Counted from the stretch's first letter, positions 27,840-39,508 are shown. The stretch: 64,000 nucleotides of DNA from Candidatus Magasanikiibacteriota bacterium (GCA_016182085.1 JACOYB010000004.1:4250-68249); one strand, 5' to 3'. Program-made: numbers and translations. The notes: generated by a model not told the origin, from the letters alone.

Positions 27840-30137
27840 TTAATTATCTTTTTCTTCTTCAGGAATCAGGTCTTCAAACACCGGCGCTCCGCCCGAATTT
27901 AAAGTTTGCCTCTCCTCGGGTATATCATCGGATTCAGTTGGCCGCATATGTTCGGTAAATAGCTCTCTAGGTTTGGCACCGTCCGCTGGTCCTACTATAC
28001 CAGCTTCTTCCATTTCATCCAAGAGGCGGGCAGCTCGGGCATAGCCGATTCTCATACGGCGCTGCAGAAGCGAGGCGCTAGCTTTGCCGGATTCAATTAT
28101 TATTTTTTTAGCTTCATCAAAGAGCGGGTCTAAATCGCTGCTGGCGCCGCCAAACATATTTACGGTTCCACTGCTGCTACCGCCGCCCCTGGAAGTAATA
28201 GATTCATCATATACTGGCGGTTCATCGCCTTTTAAATTATTTATCACTCGTTTCATTTCTTCTTCAGAAACAAAAGCGCCTTGCAAGCGTTTTGGTTTGG
28301 AAAGCTCGGCTGTTAAAAATAACATATCACCGCGCCCTAATAATTTTTCCGCGCCCGGTGAATCTAAAATGGTGCGGGAGTCAATAAGCGATGCCACCGA
28401 AAAAGCGATGCGAGCCGGAATGTTGGCTTTCATAAGACCGGTAATAACTTCCACACTTGGCCGCTGCGTGGCCACGATTAAATGTATGCCAACCGCGCGG
28501 GCCATTTGAGCGATACGAATAATACCGGCTTCCACTTCGCTGGCAGCCATAGCCATCAGGTCGGCAAGTTCATCAATTATAAATACAATATACGGAAGCG
28601 GTTCGGCCGCGGATTTGTTGTATGAACCAATATCACGTTTACCGGCTTCAGCAAGCATGGTAAAGCGTCTATCCATTTCGCCAATGGTCCACTTTAAAGC
28701 GTTTACGGTTTTGGCTGGGTCGGTAATTACCGGCGTCAGTAAATGAGGAATGCCATTATATAATGTTAGTTCCACGCGTTTAGGATCAACCATTATCAAA
28801 CGCAATGTTTCGGCTGTGTTTTGGTAAAGCAAACTTAAAATAATTGTATTAATACAAACAGTTTTTCCCGAACCGGTGGAACCAGCCACGAGAAGGTGGG
28901 GCATTTTAAGCAAATCTCCGAACCAAACTTTGCCAGCTACGTCTTTGCCGAGCGCGATCATCATGTTATGTGTATCTGGGTTTTTAAATTCCGGGCTTTC
29001 CAGCAATTCGCGAAGTGTGACCATGGCTACTTTTTGGTTTGGCACTTCAATACCGACAAGAGACTGTCCGGGAATCGGAGCCTCAATACGAATTGGGTGG
29101 GCGGCGAGCGCCAGCGCCAAATCATTGCTTAAATTGGTGATGCGGGTAAGTTTGACGCCTTTGGCAGGCTTCATGGAGTATTGGGTAACCGTTGGGCCGA
29201 CACGCACTTCACCCATATCCACTTCAATACCAAAATTTTGAAAGGTATCACGGATCACTTCGGCATTGCCTTTAATATCTCCGGAAGTTGGTTTGGTTTT
29301 GGACGTATATAATAAATCAATTGACGGCAAATCACGAATAATTGGTTTAGGAATTTTAGGCATTTCAGTTTTTTCTTCGGTAATTTCTTCCTCACTTTCT
29401 ATTTGTTCATTTTCAACATCTTGTTTTGCAATTACGCGCTGCTGAAACACTCGCTGTTCTTCTTCCTCTTCTTCTATTTCTTCTTCATCCATTTCCGCGC
29501 TTGCGGTTTCTTGATAGTCGCCCTTTATTTGAAACGCGACTTTTTCATTTTTAAATGAGCCGAAGAAAGCAATAATTTGTTGTCCGAACCAGCCAAGCAA
29601 TAAAAAGAATTTTTTATGCAGTTCAACAATTTGCGCCAAGGATGTATTGAATAAAAAGATAATGCCAATAAGCAGGAAGGCGACAAGCACCATGGTGGCG
29701 CCCCAATAGCCGATATATTGGTTTAGAAACCAAGCAGGTAAATAGCCGATAAGTCCGCCACCGTACCCTTGGGTAGCCAGATCAAACATTTCTTCGGCCG
29801 GTTTTTGTAAATGAATTAAGCCGTTAAATCCGGTGATAAATAAAATTGAACCAAGCCAGTGAGTGGCGCGGTACTCGTACTCCATGTCTTTGATTATCAA
29901 AATTGCGACCAGAATTAGGATAATAGGGAAAATGTAGCGAACCTGGCCAAAGGTAATGGAAAGCAGCGAATCAATAAATTGTCCGGCCACTCCGGCGAGT
30001 GAAAAGAAGCTGAGGGCGGAAATACCGCCGATAATAAATAACAAAATAGCCAAAAGACCTCGGCTAATATCTGGATTTAGGTTTATTTTTTCTGAAAATG
30101 ATAATTTGCGGTTTCGTTGTCTGGGCATAACAGGCAT
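27840..30137 (-). CDS. ftsK: DNA translocase FtsK
   Basis: 4TM N-terminus, GSTGSGKT, IDELADLM, ATQRP, gamma domain LQRRMRIGYARAAR; start could be 30128. Confidence 0.95.
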   Translation of the reverse strand: MPVMPRQRNRKLSFSEKINLNPDISRGLLAILLFIIGGISALSFFSLAGVAGQFIDSLLSITFGQVRYIFPIILILVAILIIKDMEYEYRATHWLGSILFITGFNGLIHLQKPAEEMFDLATQGYGGGLIGYLPAWFLNQYIGYWGATMVLVAFLLIGIIFLFNTSLAQIVELHKKFFLLLGWFGQQIIAFFGSFKNEKVAFQIKGDYQETASAEMDEEEIEEEEEEQRVFQQRVIAKQDVENEQIESEEEITEEKTEMPKIPKPIIRDLPSIDLLYTSKTKPTSGDIKGNAEVIRDTFQNFGIEVDMGEVRVGPTVTQYSMKPAKGVKLTRITNLSNDLALALAAHPIRIEAPIPGQSLVGIEVPNQKVAMVTLRELLESPEFKNPDTHNMMIALGKDVAGKVWFGDLLKMPHLLVAGSTGSGKTVCINTIILSLLYQNTAETLRLIMVDPKRVELTLYNGIPHLLTPVITDPAKTVNALKWTIGEMDRRFTMLAEAGKRDIGSYNKSAAEPLPYIVFIIDELADLMAMAASEVEAGIIRIAQMARAVGIHLIVATQRPSVEVITGLMKANIPARIAFSVASLIDSRTILDSPGAEKLLGRGDMLFLTAELSKPKRLQGAFVSEEEMKRVINNLKGDEPPVYDESITSRGGGSSSGTVNMFGGASSDLDPLFDEAKKIIIESGKASASLLQRRMRIGYARAARLLDEMEEAGIVGPADGAKPRELFTEHMRPTESDDIPEERQTLNSGGAPVFEDLIPEEEKDN

Positions 30138-30237
30138 ATTGTAGCATAATTTTATATTGCGAGAAAGAAAAAATATTCCAGCTTGGAAGTTTACAACAGG
30201 TTTGCTATATGTTAGGGTTTTTATAAGGGAGGAAGTC

Positions 30238-30603
30238 ATGTCCCAACAGCCGGAACTGATTTCTCTGGATGGTGAACGGCAGAAACGCTGGCGAAAACTG
30301 AGGCGGTGGCTGCGTCAACGACGGCAAAAACGGCAAAAGGCCAGAAAAAGCGCATGCCCTTGTCAGCGGTCTAAAAGGGTGCAAATTGTCGGTGTCTCAA
30401 TCCCCACGCTCAACGCTGCATACGGAGCAGCTGCCTGGGCTTTGGGTTGGTCATTGGAAATGGCGGTGGTTCTATCTGTCACTGCGGCCCTGGCGCTTCT
30501 TGGAGTATTCGGTTATATGCGCAATGGGCATGGAGTTGAAACGCAGCCGCACCTGCCAAGTTGCCCTCATCAGAAAAATGCAGAGCTATCCGCTCGACGA
30601 TAA
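30238..30603 (+). CDS. orphan basic membrane protein
   Basis: AGGAGG before ATG 30238, Arg/Lys-rich stretch, two hydrophobic segments. Confidence 0.6.
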   Translation: MSQQPELISLDGERQKRWRKLRRWLRQRRQKRQKARKSACPCQRSKRVQIVGVSIPTLNAAYGAAAWALGWSLEMAVVLSVTAALALLGVFGYMRNGHGVETQPHLPSCPHQKNAELSARR

Positions 30604-30667
30604 CTCTGTTTTTGCTCTTTCACCTGTCGAGAGTTGTTCATGTATAAAATATTTTTATCCAGGGCCA

Positions 30668-30708
30668 AACAAAAAATCCTCCAATGTTGCATTGGAGGAT
30701 TTTTTGTT
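30668..30708. terminator. bidirectional terminator
   Basis: ACAAAAAATCCTCCAATG-ttg-CATTGGAGGATTTTTTGT. Confidence 0.8.
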
Positions 30709-30871
30709 TTTTCTGCATTAAGCTGCGACAAGAATTGCATGTTTTAATGAGCGAATCAAATTTAGAAAACTTTCTCTGAACAAAGAAATGTTCAAGAGAA
30801 AAGAGAGAGATTTGTTTAATAAATTCGATCCGATTGAGACATCAACTCTTGCGCAACTTGATGAAGAAAAA
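30708..30871 (-). ncRNA. candidate rod-shaped ncRNA
   Basis: Long imperfect hairpin with G-U pairs only on the minus strand, TTGACA-16-TAAAAT upstream and a terminator downstream. Confidence 0.4.
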
Positions 30872-31091
30872 TATATTATAAAAAAATACTGCACTATATT
30901 TTATAACGAAAAAATATTTTGTCAAGTTTAGGCATAAATTTTTTATAAAATCTATTTTTGATAGAAAGTTTTTTTATTTTTTTAAAACAAAAAAGCCGCC
31001 AACCAATCATGTTCCAAAATATTTAGAACATAGTTGGTGTGGTGGCGGCTTTTTTTGCGCCTTCCATCGCACACGGGCTTGGAGCTGTTGC

Positions 31092-31523
31092 CTACGAGGC
31101 GTTCAGGCACCAGATGATGGCCGCTCGGCCCCGCGTGAGGGCCGCGTCTCGATCGGTTAAAGGAGACATCATTAACCGAGATAACAACCGCGGATCATCC
31201 CCTCGCTGCCACCAGTTCAAGAGCCAGGTAGAGTTGGGGAAATCCGCCGGCGGTCGTCGCATCGGCATGACCTCTTTCGCCAGTCGGAAGATCAGTACGG
31301 CCATCGCTTTCTGGACATGCTGTTGAGTCATCTTGTAGTCGGAGACTTTCTCAGGGAGAGGTGACTTGTCCAGGTAGGTCACTGCTTCGGGCAGAGCTTC
31401 TCGCGCCCGTTTCATCAACAGCCGTCTGGTATGTGAGCGGATGTATGCCAGCTCTACTTCACAGTGGTTCTCGGCCAGCACTTCTTGGACGAACTCATTC
31501 AAGAGTTCGAGGATGGATTTCAT
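31092..31523 (-). CDS. orphan hypothetical protein
   Basis: 143-aa ORF with AAGGA RBS, GC-richer than its flanks. Confidence 0.6.
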   Translation of the reverse strand: MKSILELLNEFVQEVLAENHCEVELAYIRSHTRRLLMKRAREALPEAVTYLDKSPLPEKVSDYKMTQQHVQKAMAVLIFRLAKEVMPMRRPPADFPNSTWLLNWWQRGDDPRLLSRLMMSPLTDRDAALTRGRAAIIWCLNAS

Positions 31524-31607
31524 AGAGTTTTCCTTGTGGAGGACTAAAGTTGAACATACTAAAAAAATGTAAAAATGTCAATATTAAAAATGGAAAAGTA
31601 TCAAATT

Positions 31608-31627
31608 TATGGATAAACTGTGGATAA
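31608..31627 (-). promoter_or_regulatory. tandem DnaA boxes
   Basis: TATGGATAA (one mismatch) and a perfect TGTGGATAA upstream of the rpoB promoter. Confidence 0.5.
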
Positions 31628-31729
31628 AAAGCCAATTTTTTAGCAGATTTTCAGCTTTAATGCTAAAAATACTCTAAAATTAGCCAAAATAATCATTTTC
31701 CTTGACAAACTTTAAAATTCGTTAAGTTC

Positions 31730-31758
31730 TTGACAATCCTTTATTTTTAGCGTAATAT
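31730..31758 (+). promoter_or_regulatory. rpoBC promoter
   Basis: TTGACA, 17 bp, TAATAT. Confidence 0.6.
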
Positions 31759-31962
31759 GTAAATACTTAACACTTCTGTGGAGAGAGAAAACGGTTTTTT
31801 GGCTTAAATTAGCGCAAATCTAGCAATCCTGGTTTCATCTGGATTGCAAAGTCGTGCAAGGAATAAATAAATTTACATGCTGGCCTTGCTTTTATTGGCT
31901 AAACTTTAAGAAAAAAGGAAAAAACGCCCTCAAGGCGCCAATTTTTGTTTTACATACCAACT

Positions 31963-32037
31963 GTCATTCCCGTCAAAGCGGGAATCCAGACAAAACAGAT
32001 CGATTAGATGCTAGATTCCAGCTGAAGCGGGAATGAC
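31963..32037. repeat. GTCATTCCCG..GGGAATGAC palindromic element
   Basis: Same family as 18116 and 27724; lies in the rpoB leader. Confidence 0.8.
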
Positions 32038-32083
32038 AATGATAAAATTAATTTAAAAAATAATTTAAGTTTAATTAATCTGT

Positions 32084-35000
32084 ATGCCCATTTTTAAACG
32101 CCAGGCTCTGAAAACGACTGAACGAAAATTCTTCACGAGTGTCCGTGACGCGATGCCCGTACCGGATCTTATTGACGTGCAAAAAAGTTCGTATGACTGG
32201 TTTTTAAAATTTGGCATTAAAGAATTATTTGATGAAGTTTCACCGATGACCGATTTTACCGGACGCGATCTGGAATTATATTTGGAAAATTATTATTTGG
32301 ATGATCCAAAATTTGATGAAGTGGTTTGCCGCGAAAGAAATTTAACTTTTGAAGCCCCGCTTCGCGTAACTGCTCGTCTGGTTAATAAACGCACCGGCCA
32401 ATCCAAATCCCAAGAAATTTATTTAGGCGATATTCCGCTCATGACCCAGCGCGGCACGTTTATCATAAACGGCATTGAACGCGTGGTAGTATCCCAGCTT
32501 ATCCGCAGCGCCGGCGCGTTCTTTACCGCCGAAAATATTCGCGGCCGCAGATATTATGGCGCGAAAATTATTCCAAATCGCGGCGCTTGGATTGAAATTG
32601 AAACCGACATGAACAATGTCGTGTGGATTAAGGTAGACCGCAAACGTAAAATGGCTGCCACCTCGCTGCTTCGCGCGTTTGGCTATGAAGGCGATGAAAA
32701 GATGATGGAATTATTTAAAGATGTAAACAATCATCCAACCGTAGATTATGTTGACGCCACGCTTAAAAAAGACGTAGCCAAAACGCAGGATGAAGGACTT
32801 ATTGAAGTATATAAAAGAATTCGCCCGGGTGATTTGGCCACTGCCGACAATGCCAAGAGTTTGATCTTCGCGATGTTTTTCAATTTTGATCGGTATGATT
32901 TGGGCCGCGTGGGTGTATATAAATTTAATACCAAATTTGATTTTGGACATAAGAACGAAGATTTTGATAAAAAAGAAAACAGAGTATTGTCTCCGGAAAA
33001 GTTGCTCGCAGTGCTTAAAGAAGTTATTCGTTTAAATGTTACGCAGGAAGAACCGGATGATATTGACCATCTTGGCAACCGCCGTATTCGCGCCGTGGGT
33101 GAACTCGCGCAAAACAGATTCCGTGTAGGCCTAGCTCGTATGGAACGTATCGTTAAAGACCGTATGAGTACCCAGGAAATGGAAGCATTGTCTCCAAATA
33201 AATTAATCAATGCTCGTCCGGTAATTTCCGCAATTCGTGAGTTCTTCATGAGTTCTCAGCTTTCACAGTTCATGGATCAAACCAATCCACTTTCTGAATT
33301 AGAACACAAACGCCGCGTAAGCGCGCTTGGCCCAGGCGGTTTGTCTCGCGATAGAGCCGGCTTTGAAGTTCGTGACGTACACACCACGCACTATGGCCGT
33401 ATTTGTCCAATTGCAACTCCGGAAGGACCGAACATCGGTTTGGTAAACCACCTTTCCAGTTTTGCTCGCGTGAACGAATTTGGGTTTATTGAAACTCCAT
33501 ATAGAAAAGTGTTGAGAGAAGTTCCAAATGATCCTAAATTTACAGAAGGTGAAATTTTATTAAATGAAACAGAAGGCGTAAAAGCCGGTACAAAAATTAC
33601 CAAAGACGTAGCTGCCAAGCTAGCTAAGGCCAAAGCAAAAATTATTCCAGTTCACGCTCGCGTGACCAATGAAGTTGTTTTCCTAAATGCTTTCAAAGAA
33701 GAAAAAGTAAATACCGCCGCGGCCACTACGAAAGTTGATGAAAATGGTTATTTCTTGGAAGAATCCGTGCCAACTCGTATCCATGGTAATCCGGGTGTAG
33801 GTAAAACCAGCGATTTGGATTACATTGACGTTGCTTCAAATCAAATTATTTCTATTGCCACTTCCTGTATTCCATTTTTGGAACACGATGACGCCACTCG
33901 CGCGCTCATGGGTACGAACATGCAAAGACAGGCTGTGCCTTGTATTCGTCCGCAACAGCCGCTTGTTGGTACTGGTACCGAACAAAGCGCCGCGTATTAT
34001 TCAGGCTATGTAGTCTTATCCGAAGTAGATGGTGAAGTTACGGAAGTAGATGGCAACCATATTGTGGTAACTGACAAGAAAGGCGTACACCATACATATT
34101 ATTTAAGTAAATTTGTTCGTTCCAACCATTCCACCTGCGTAAACCAAACGCCGATTGTGAAATTGGGAGAAAAAGTTAAAAAAGGACAAGGTCTTACCGA
34201 TGGTCCCGGTATTAAAGACGGAGAATTGGCGCTTGGCCAGAACATGCTCGTTGCCTATATGGTATGGGATGGGTATAACTATGAAGACGCGATCATTGTT
34301 TCCGAACGCGTCGTGCAAAAAGATAATTTCACTTCCATTCATATTGAAGACTATACGATTGATGTTCGTGAAACCAAACTTGGTCCGGAAATCATTACCG
34401 CCGATATTCCAAACGTAAGTGAAGAAAAATTAAAAAATTTGGACAGCGAAGGTATTATCCGCATTGGCGCCGAAGCAAAATCCGGTGATATTTTGGTTGG
34501 TAAAATTACGCCAAAAGGAGAAACCGAACTTTCCGCTGAAGAAAGACTCTTGCGCGCGATTTTCGGTGAAAAAGCCCGTGATGTTCGCGACTCTTCTCTC
34601 TATTTAGAACACGGTGAACATGGACGTGTAACCGGCATTAAAGTATTTTCCACTGAAAATGGCGATAAGCTGCAGCCAGGTGTTATCAAACAAGTCCAGG
34701 TCAGAGTTGCCGACATGAGAAAAATTCAAGTAGGTGATAAAATGGCCGGTCGCCATGGTAACAAAGGTGTAATTTCCAGAGTTGTCCCAGCCGAAGATAT
34801 GCCTTTCTTGGAAGACGGAACTCCGGTTGATATTATTTTGTCTCCGCTTGGTGTTATTTCCCGTATGAACTTGGGTCAGATTTTGGAAACTCATTTGGGT
34901 CTGGCGGCCAATGCTTTGGGATATAAAGTTGCAACACCGGTATTAAATGGTATTAACGAAGCCCAAATAAAAGAAGAGTTGGAAAAAGCCGGTCTGCCAA

Positions 35001-35527
35001 CTGGCGGCCAGGTTACTCTTTATGATGGCCGTACCGGCGAACCATATGACCACAAAGTAACTGTGGGTTATAACTACATGCTTAAACTCAACCACATGGT
35101 TGAAGATAAGATTCACCAGAGATCCACCGGTCCTTACAGCTTGATTACCCAACAACCTTTGGGCGGTAAAGCTCAATTCGGTGGTCAGAGATTTGGTGAA
35201 ATGGAAGTCTGGGCCCTGGAAGCATACGGCGCCGCCCACACTTTGCAAGAAATTTTGACTATCAAATCCGATGACGTCCCAGGTCGCTCCAAAGCCTATG
35301 AAGCGATTATTAAAGGTGAAACTATCAGTCGTGTAAACTTGCCGGAATCATTCAACGTACTTGTCAGAGAGTTGAAAGGCTTAGGTCTAGATGTTGAACT
35401 TCTCAAGAAGTCAGAATCCGGAGAATACAGGCCGATGGAGGAAGTTAGAAAACAACAAGAAAAAGACGCAAGGTCGGAAGGTGAAGGAAGAACCGAAGTG
35501 CAGGCGGGAAAAAACTCTGATAAATAA
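32084..35527 (+). CDS. rpoB: RNA polymerase beta subunit
   Basis: [31 protein letters not shown]. Confidence 0.99.
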   Translation: MPIFKRQALKTTERKFFTSVRDAMPVPDLIDVQKSSYDWFLKFGIKELFDEVSPMTDFTGRDLELYLENYYLDDPKFDEVVCRERNLTFEAPLRVTARLVNKRTGQSKSQEIYLGDIPLMTQRGTFIINGIERVVVSQLIRSAGAFFTAENIRGRRYYGAKIIPNRGAWIEIETDMNNVVWIKVDRKRKMAATSLLRAFGYEGDEKMMELFKDVNNHPTVDYVDATLKKDVAKTQDEGLIEVYKRIRPGDLATADNAKSLIFAMFFNFDRYDLGRVGVYKFNTKFDFGHKNEDFDKKENRVLSPEKLLAVLKEVIRLNVTQEEPDDIDHLGNRRIRAVGELAQNRFRVGLARMERIVKDRMSTQEMEALSPNKLINARPVISAIREFFMSSQLSQFMDQTNPLSELEHKRRVSALGPGGLSRDRAGFEVRDVHTTHYGRICPIATPEGPNIGLVNHLSSFARVNEFGFIETPYRKVLREVPNDPKFTEGEILLNETEGVKAGTKITKDVAAKLAKAKAKIIPVHARVTNEVVFLNAFKEEKVNTAAATTKVDENGYFLEESVPTRIHGNPGVGKTSDLDYIDVASNQIISIATSCIPFLEHDDATRALMGTNMQRQAVPCIRPQQPLVGTGTEQSAAYYSGYVVLSEVDGEVTEVDGNHIVVTDKKGVHHTYYLSKFVRSNHSTCVNQTPIVKLGEKVKKGQGLTDGPGIKDGELALGQNMLVAYMVWDGYNYEDAIIVSERVVQKDNFTSIHIEDYTIDVRETKLGPEIITADIPNVSEEKLKNLDSEGIIRIGAEAKSGDILVGKITPKGETELSAEERLLRAIFGEKARDVRDSSLYLEHGEHGRVTGIKVFSTENGDKLQPGVIKQVQVRVADMRKIQVGDKMAGRHGNKGVISRVVPAEDMPFLEDGTPVDIILSPLGVISRMNLGQILETHLGLAANALGYKVATPVLNGINEAQIKEELEKAGLPTGGQVTLYDGRTGEPYDHKVTVGYNYMLKLNHMVEDKIHQRSTGPYSLITQQPLGGKAQFGGQRFGEMEVWALEAYGAAHTLQEILTIKSDDVPGRSKAYEAIIKGETISRVNLPESFNVLVRELKGLGLDVELLKKSESGEYRPMEEVRKQQEKDARSEGEGRTEVQAGKNSDK

Positions 35528-35561
35528 TTCATTAATGTCATCATTACAATAGAATAAATAT

Positions 35562-38500
35562 ATGAATGATACTATTTTCCCAGCCGACTTTGATGCCATT
35601 CGCCTCAAACTTGCATCCCCCGAAGTCATTAAAGGCTGGTCATACGGCGAAGTAAACAAGCCGGAAACCATCAATTACCGCACTCAGAAACCGGAAAAAG
35701 GCGGACTCTTTGCCGAAGAAATTTTTGGCCCAACCAAAGATTGGGAATGTTATTGCGGCAAGTATAAAAAAATTCGGTATAAAGGAATCGTATGTGACAA
35801 ATGCGGCGTAGAAGTAACGCATTCTTCCGTACGCCGTGAACGCATGGGTCATATTGAACTTTCCACTGCCGTTGCTCATATTTGGTTCTTACGCTCTGTG
35901 CCTTCCAAGATCGGTTTGATCCTGGATCTTTCCGCGCAGTCACTAGAAAAGGTAATTTACTTTGCATCATTTGTTATTACTCACGTTAATGAAGAAGAAA
36001 AGAAAAAGACCGCCGACCTCTTGCGTCAGGAATATAAATCCAAGAAAAAACAGATTGAAAAAGAAGGCCAAGACCAAATAAAGAGCGCCAATGATAAAAA
36101 ATTGGGCGCCCAAGCTTTGGAAAAAATCCAGGAAGAAACCGAAAGAAAACACAAAGCCTTGGAAGAAGATTTCCAACAAGCAGACAAAGAACTTAAAGAA
36201 CTCCAGGTAATGAAAATTATTTCTGAAAATAAATATCAGGAATTGTCATTGCGTTATGGCCACTTGTTTGAAGCATCCATTGGCGCCGAAGGTGTTAGAA
36301 ATTTATTGTCTCGCATTAATCTTGAAGACACCATAAAAAAATTGGAAGAAGAGCAATCTAAAGCCAAGGGTTCAAAATTGGAACGCATCATTCGCCGTAA
36401 AAAAGTATTAAAGAGTTTCTTCTTAAATAATATTCGTCCGGAATGGATGGTCTTGCAGGCAATCCCGGTTATCCCCCCGGATTTACGTCCAATGGTTGCG
36501 CTTGATGGCGGCCGTTTTGCTACCTCCGATTTAAACGATCTATACCGCCGTGTAATTAACCGCAACAACCGTTTGCGCAGACTCTTGGAACTTGATGCTC
36601 CGGAAGTTATTTGCCGCAATGAAAAACGCATGTTGCAGGAAGCCGTTGACGCTCTCATTGATAACAATGCGCGTCAAGCCAAAACGGTAACTGCTTCTAC
36701 CGGTCAAAAGAGACAATTACGATCACTGGCTGATATTTTGAAAGGCAAGCAAGGCCGTTTCCGCCAAAACTTGCTCGGTAAACGCGTAGACTATTCCGGT
36801 CGTTCCGTAATCGTGGTTGGTCCAAACTTAAATATTGATGAATGCGGTTTGCCAAAACGCATGGCTTTGGAACTATTTAAACCATTTATCATGAGCGAAG
36901 TTATCAAGCGTGAACTTGCTCACAATGTTCGCAGCGCTTCTAAATATATTGAAGCCGAACATGATGAAGTGTGGGATATTTTGGAAGATTTGACCAAAAA
37001 GACCCGCGTACTTCTAAACCGCGCGCCGACCTTGCACCGTTTGGGTATTCAAGCATTCCACCCGCGTCTTATTGAAGGTAAGGCTATCCAACTCCATCCT
37101 TTGGTATGTACCGCGTTTAACGCCGACTTTGACGGTGACCAGATGGCTGTACACTTGCCGCTTACGGCCGAAGCCCGTTGGGAGGCCGATAACTTAATGG
37201 CCGCGGAAAAAAATATTCTAAAACCTGCCACCGGCAGTCCGGTAATTACGCCGAAACAAGATATTGCTCTCGGTTGTTATTATCTTACTCGCTATGAAAC
37301 CAATGACACTGGTGAAGTAAAGAATCACTTCAGTTCGGAAAAAGAAGCTATTTTGGCTTATCGTTCTCGCGTGATTTCTTTGCAAGAGAGAATAAAAGTT
37401 CGTTTCCAGGATGTAAGCCGGTTTGCGGAAGGTGTAAATCCTATCTTAGAAACTTCAGTTGGCCGAATACTGTTCAATAAAATTTTACCTCCACAGCTTC
37501 CATATTTTAATGAAACGATAAATGTAAAGAAGCTTGGCCACATTATTCGTTTGTGTTTGGAACTTACAAATGATCAGCAGGAAGTTGCTTACTTTTTGGA
37601 TGAACTCAAAAACCTTGGTTACCGCTATGTTACTAAATCCGGCTATTCCTTGGGCATGGATGATTTCCCAGCCATTTCCGAAAAACCGGGCATGCTGGCC
37701 GAATCCGACAAGATGGTAGCGATTGTTGAAGAACAATATCAAGAAGGTTTGCTCACTCAGTCCGAACGTCACGTAAAGATTTTGGAAATCTGGGCCGAGA
37801 CCAAAGAAAGAATTGTTGCCAAGAACCAACAAACCTTGCGCAAAGATGGTCCGGTATTTGCCATGATTGATTCCGGCGCGCGCGGCAGCTGGGGCCAGTT
37901 GGGTCAGGTTATCGGTATGAAGGGTCTTGTGGCTTCGCCATCCGGTGATACCATTGAACTTCCGGTTAAAGGCAACTTTAAAGAAGGCGTGGAAGTTCTG
38001 GAATTCTTTATTTCTTCCCACGGTACCAGAAAAGGTTTGGCCGATACCGCGCTTCGTACGGCTAATGCCGGTTACTTAACCAGACGTTTAGTAGATGTAT
38101 CGCAAGATGTGATCGTGTTTGAAGAGGATTGTGGAGATACAAATGGTGAAACCTTTACCGCTGCTCAATCCAAAGAAATGGGTGAAAAATTGTCCGAACG
38201 TATTTGGGGCCGTTATTCACTGGAAACCATAAAGGTGGGTAATAAAGTAATTATTAAAGAAGGTGAAACCATTGATGATAAGACTGCTCGCTATGTTGAT
38301 GAGCATAAACTTGAATCCGTGCGTGTTCGCAGTATTCTGCAATGCAGAATGCAAAAGGGTGTTTGCCGCAAATGTTACGGCTTTGATCTGTCCAAGAACA
38401 AGCCGGTAGAGTTTGGCGTGGCCGTGGGTATTATTGCCGCGCAATCCATCGGTGAACCTGGTACGCAGCTTACTATGAGAACCTTCCACACTGGTGGTGT

Positions 38501-39437
38501 GGCTGGCGGCGACGATATCACTCAAGGTTTGCCAAGAGTAGACGAACTCTTTGAAGCTCGCGCTCCAAAGAAACAAGCTATGCTTGCCGAAGTGTCCGGT
38601 GAAATTGAAATAGAAAAAGCCGATGGAAAAATTATTACTTCTCCAAGCGGCAAGAAAATCTTTGAAGGCCGCCGCGGACAGGAAATAATTCATATTCACT
38701 TCTCCGGTGTTGATGAAATGAAGATAAAAACAAAATCCGAAGATGAGCTCATGGTTAAAGATGGAGATTCCGTACAAAAAGATCAGGTAATTTTGGTGCG
38801 CGGCTCATCGGGAGAAGAAGTCTTGGCCAAATATCCAAGCACAGTCAAAGTTGAAAAGAATACCGTTACGCTTACCTACGAAGGCCCGCATGTACGCGAA
38901 TATATCGTACCATTGGGTTACAAAGTGCTGGCAAAGACCGGTGATAAAGTAGAAAAAGGCGACGTGCTTACCGATGGCAGTATCAATCCTCATCAGCTCT
39001 TTGAACTCAAAGGCAGAGAGGCCGTACAGCGATATATTTTACAGGAAGTACAAAATATCTACTCCGCTCAAGGTCAGAAAGTAAATGATAAGCACGTAGA
39101 ACTTATCATTCGCCAAATGTTTAGCCGCGTCTATATAGAAGACGCCGGTGAAACCGACTTGTTGCCGGGTGAAGTGGTAGAAAAATCCCAAATGGATGTT
39201 TCTAATCGCCAAGCCAAAAAAGATGGCACCAAACCTGCTATTGGCCGAGAAATGTTCTTGGGTATTTCCAAAGTTGCTCTCTCCACCCAAAGCTTCTTGT
39301 CCGCCGCTTCCTTCCAGGAAACTGCCAAAGTGCTCATCAATACTTCTATTACCGGTAAGATCGACTACTTGGACGGTTTGAAAGAAAACGTAATTATCGG
39401 CCGCTTAATTCCGGCTGGAACTGGGTTTAAACAGTAA
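35562..39437 (+). CDS. rpoC: RNA polymerase beta' subunit
   Basis: Zinc finger, NADFDGD, GEPGTQLTMRTFH. Confidence 0.99.
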   Translation: MNDTIFPADFDAIRLKLASPEVIKGWSYGEVNKPETINYRTQKPEKGGLFAEEIFGPTKDWECYCGKYKKIRYKGIVCDKCGVEVTHSSVRRERMGHIELSTAVAHIWFLRSVPSKIGLILDLSAQSLEKVIYFASFVITHVNEEEKKKTADLLRQEYKSKKKQIEKEGQDQIKSANDKKLGAQALEKIQEETERKHKALEEDFQQADKELKELQVMKIISENKYQELSLRYGHLFEASIGAEGVRNLLSRINLEDTIKKLEEEQSKAKGSKLERIIRRKKVLKSFFLNNIRPEWMVLQAIPVIPPDLRPMVALDGGRFATSDLNDLYRRVINRNNRLRRLLELDAPEVICRNEKRMLQEAVDALIDNNARQAKTVTASTGQKRQLRSLADILKGKQGRFRQNLLGKRVDYSGRSVIVVGPNLNIDECGLPKRMALELFKPFIMSEVIKRELAHNVRSASKYIEAEHDEVWDILEDLTKKTRVLLNRAPTLHRLGIQAFHPRLIEGKAIQLHPLVCTAFNADFDGDQMAVHLPLTAEARWEADNLMAAEKNILKPATGSPVITPKQDIALGCYYLTRYETNDTGEVKNHFSSEKEAILAYRSRVISLQERIKVRFQDVSRFAEGVNPILETSVGRILFNKILPPQLPYFNETINVKKLGHIIRLCLELTNDQQEVAYFLDELKNLGYRYVTKSGYSLGMDDFPAISEKPGMLAESDKMVAIVEEQYQEGLLTQSERHVKILEIWAETKERIVAKNQQTLRKDGPVFAMIDSGARGSWGQLGQVIGMKGLVASPSGDTIELPVKGNFKEGVEVLEFFISSHGTRKGLADTALRTANAGYLTRRLVDVSQDVIVFEEDCGDTNGETFTAAQSKEMGEKLSERIWGRYSLETIKVGNKVIIKEGETIDDKTARYVDEHKLESVRVRSILQCRMQKGVCRKCYGFDLSKNKPVEFGVAVGIIAAQSIGEPGTQLTMRTFHTGGVAGGDDITQGLPRVDELFEARAPKKQAMLAEVSGEIEIEKADGKIITSPSGKKIFEGRRGQEIIHIHFSGVDEMKIKTKSEDELMVKDGDSVQKDQVILVRGSSGEEVLAKYPSTVKVEKNTVTLTYEGPHVREYIVPLGYKVLAKTGDKVEKGDVLTDGSINPHQLFELKGREAVQRYILQEVQNIYSAQGQKVNDKHVELIIRQMFSRVYIEDAGETDLLPGEVVEKSQMDVSNRQAKKDGTKPAIGREMFLGISKVALSTQSFLSAASFQETAKVLINTSITGKIDYLDGLKENVIIGRLIPAGTGFKQ

Positions 39438-39476
39438 CACAGATTTAGACAGATTATAAAGGGATTACACAGATTA

Positions 39477-39508
39477 AAAAACGGCCGCCATTACAGCGGT
39501 CGTTTTTT
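39477..39508. terminator. rpoC terminator (bidirectional)
   Basis: AAAAACGGCCGC-catta-CAGCGGTCGTTTTTT. Confidence 0.75.

Noticed and set aside
30718-30893. Minus-strand frame ending ..AILVAA*, like a tmRNA tag
   Set aside because: No tRNA-like ends or pseudoknots are visible; the region is better explained as one long hairpin.
31560-31760. AT-rich region with DnaA boxes as oriC
   Set aside because: Only two boxes and no dnaA or dnaN nearby; it reads as a promoter region.
32084-39437. Inteins or introns in rpoB/rpoC (recA also checked)
   Set aside because: Lengths and motifs are continuous with no splice motifs.
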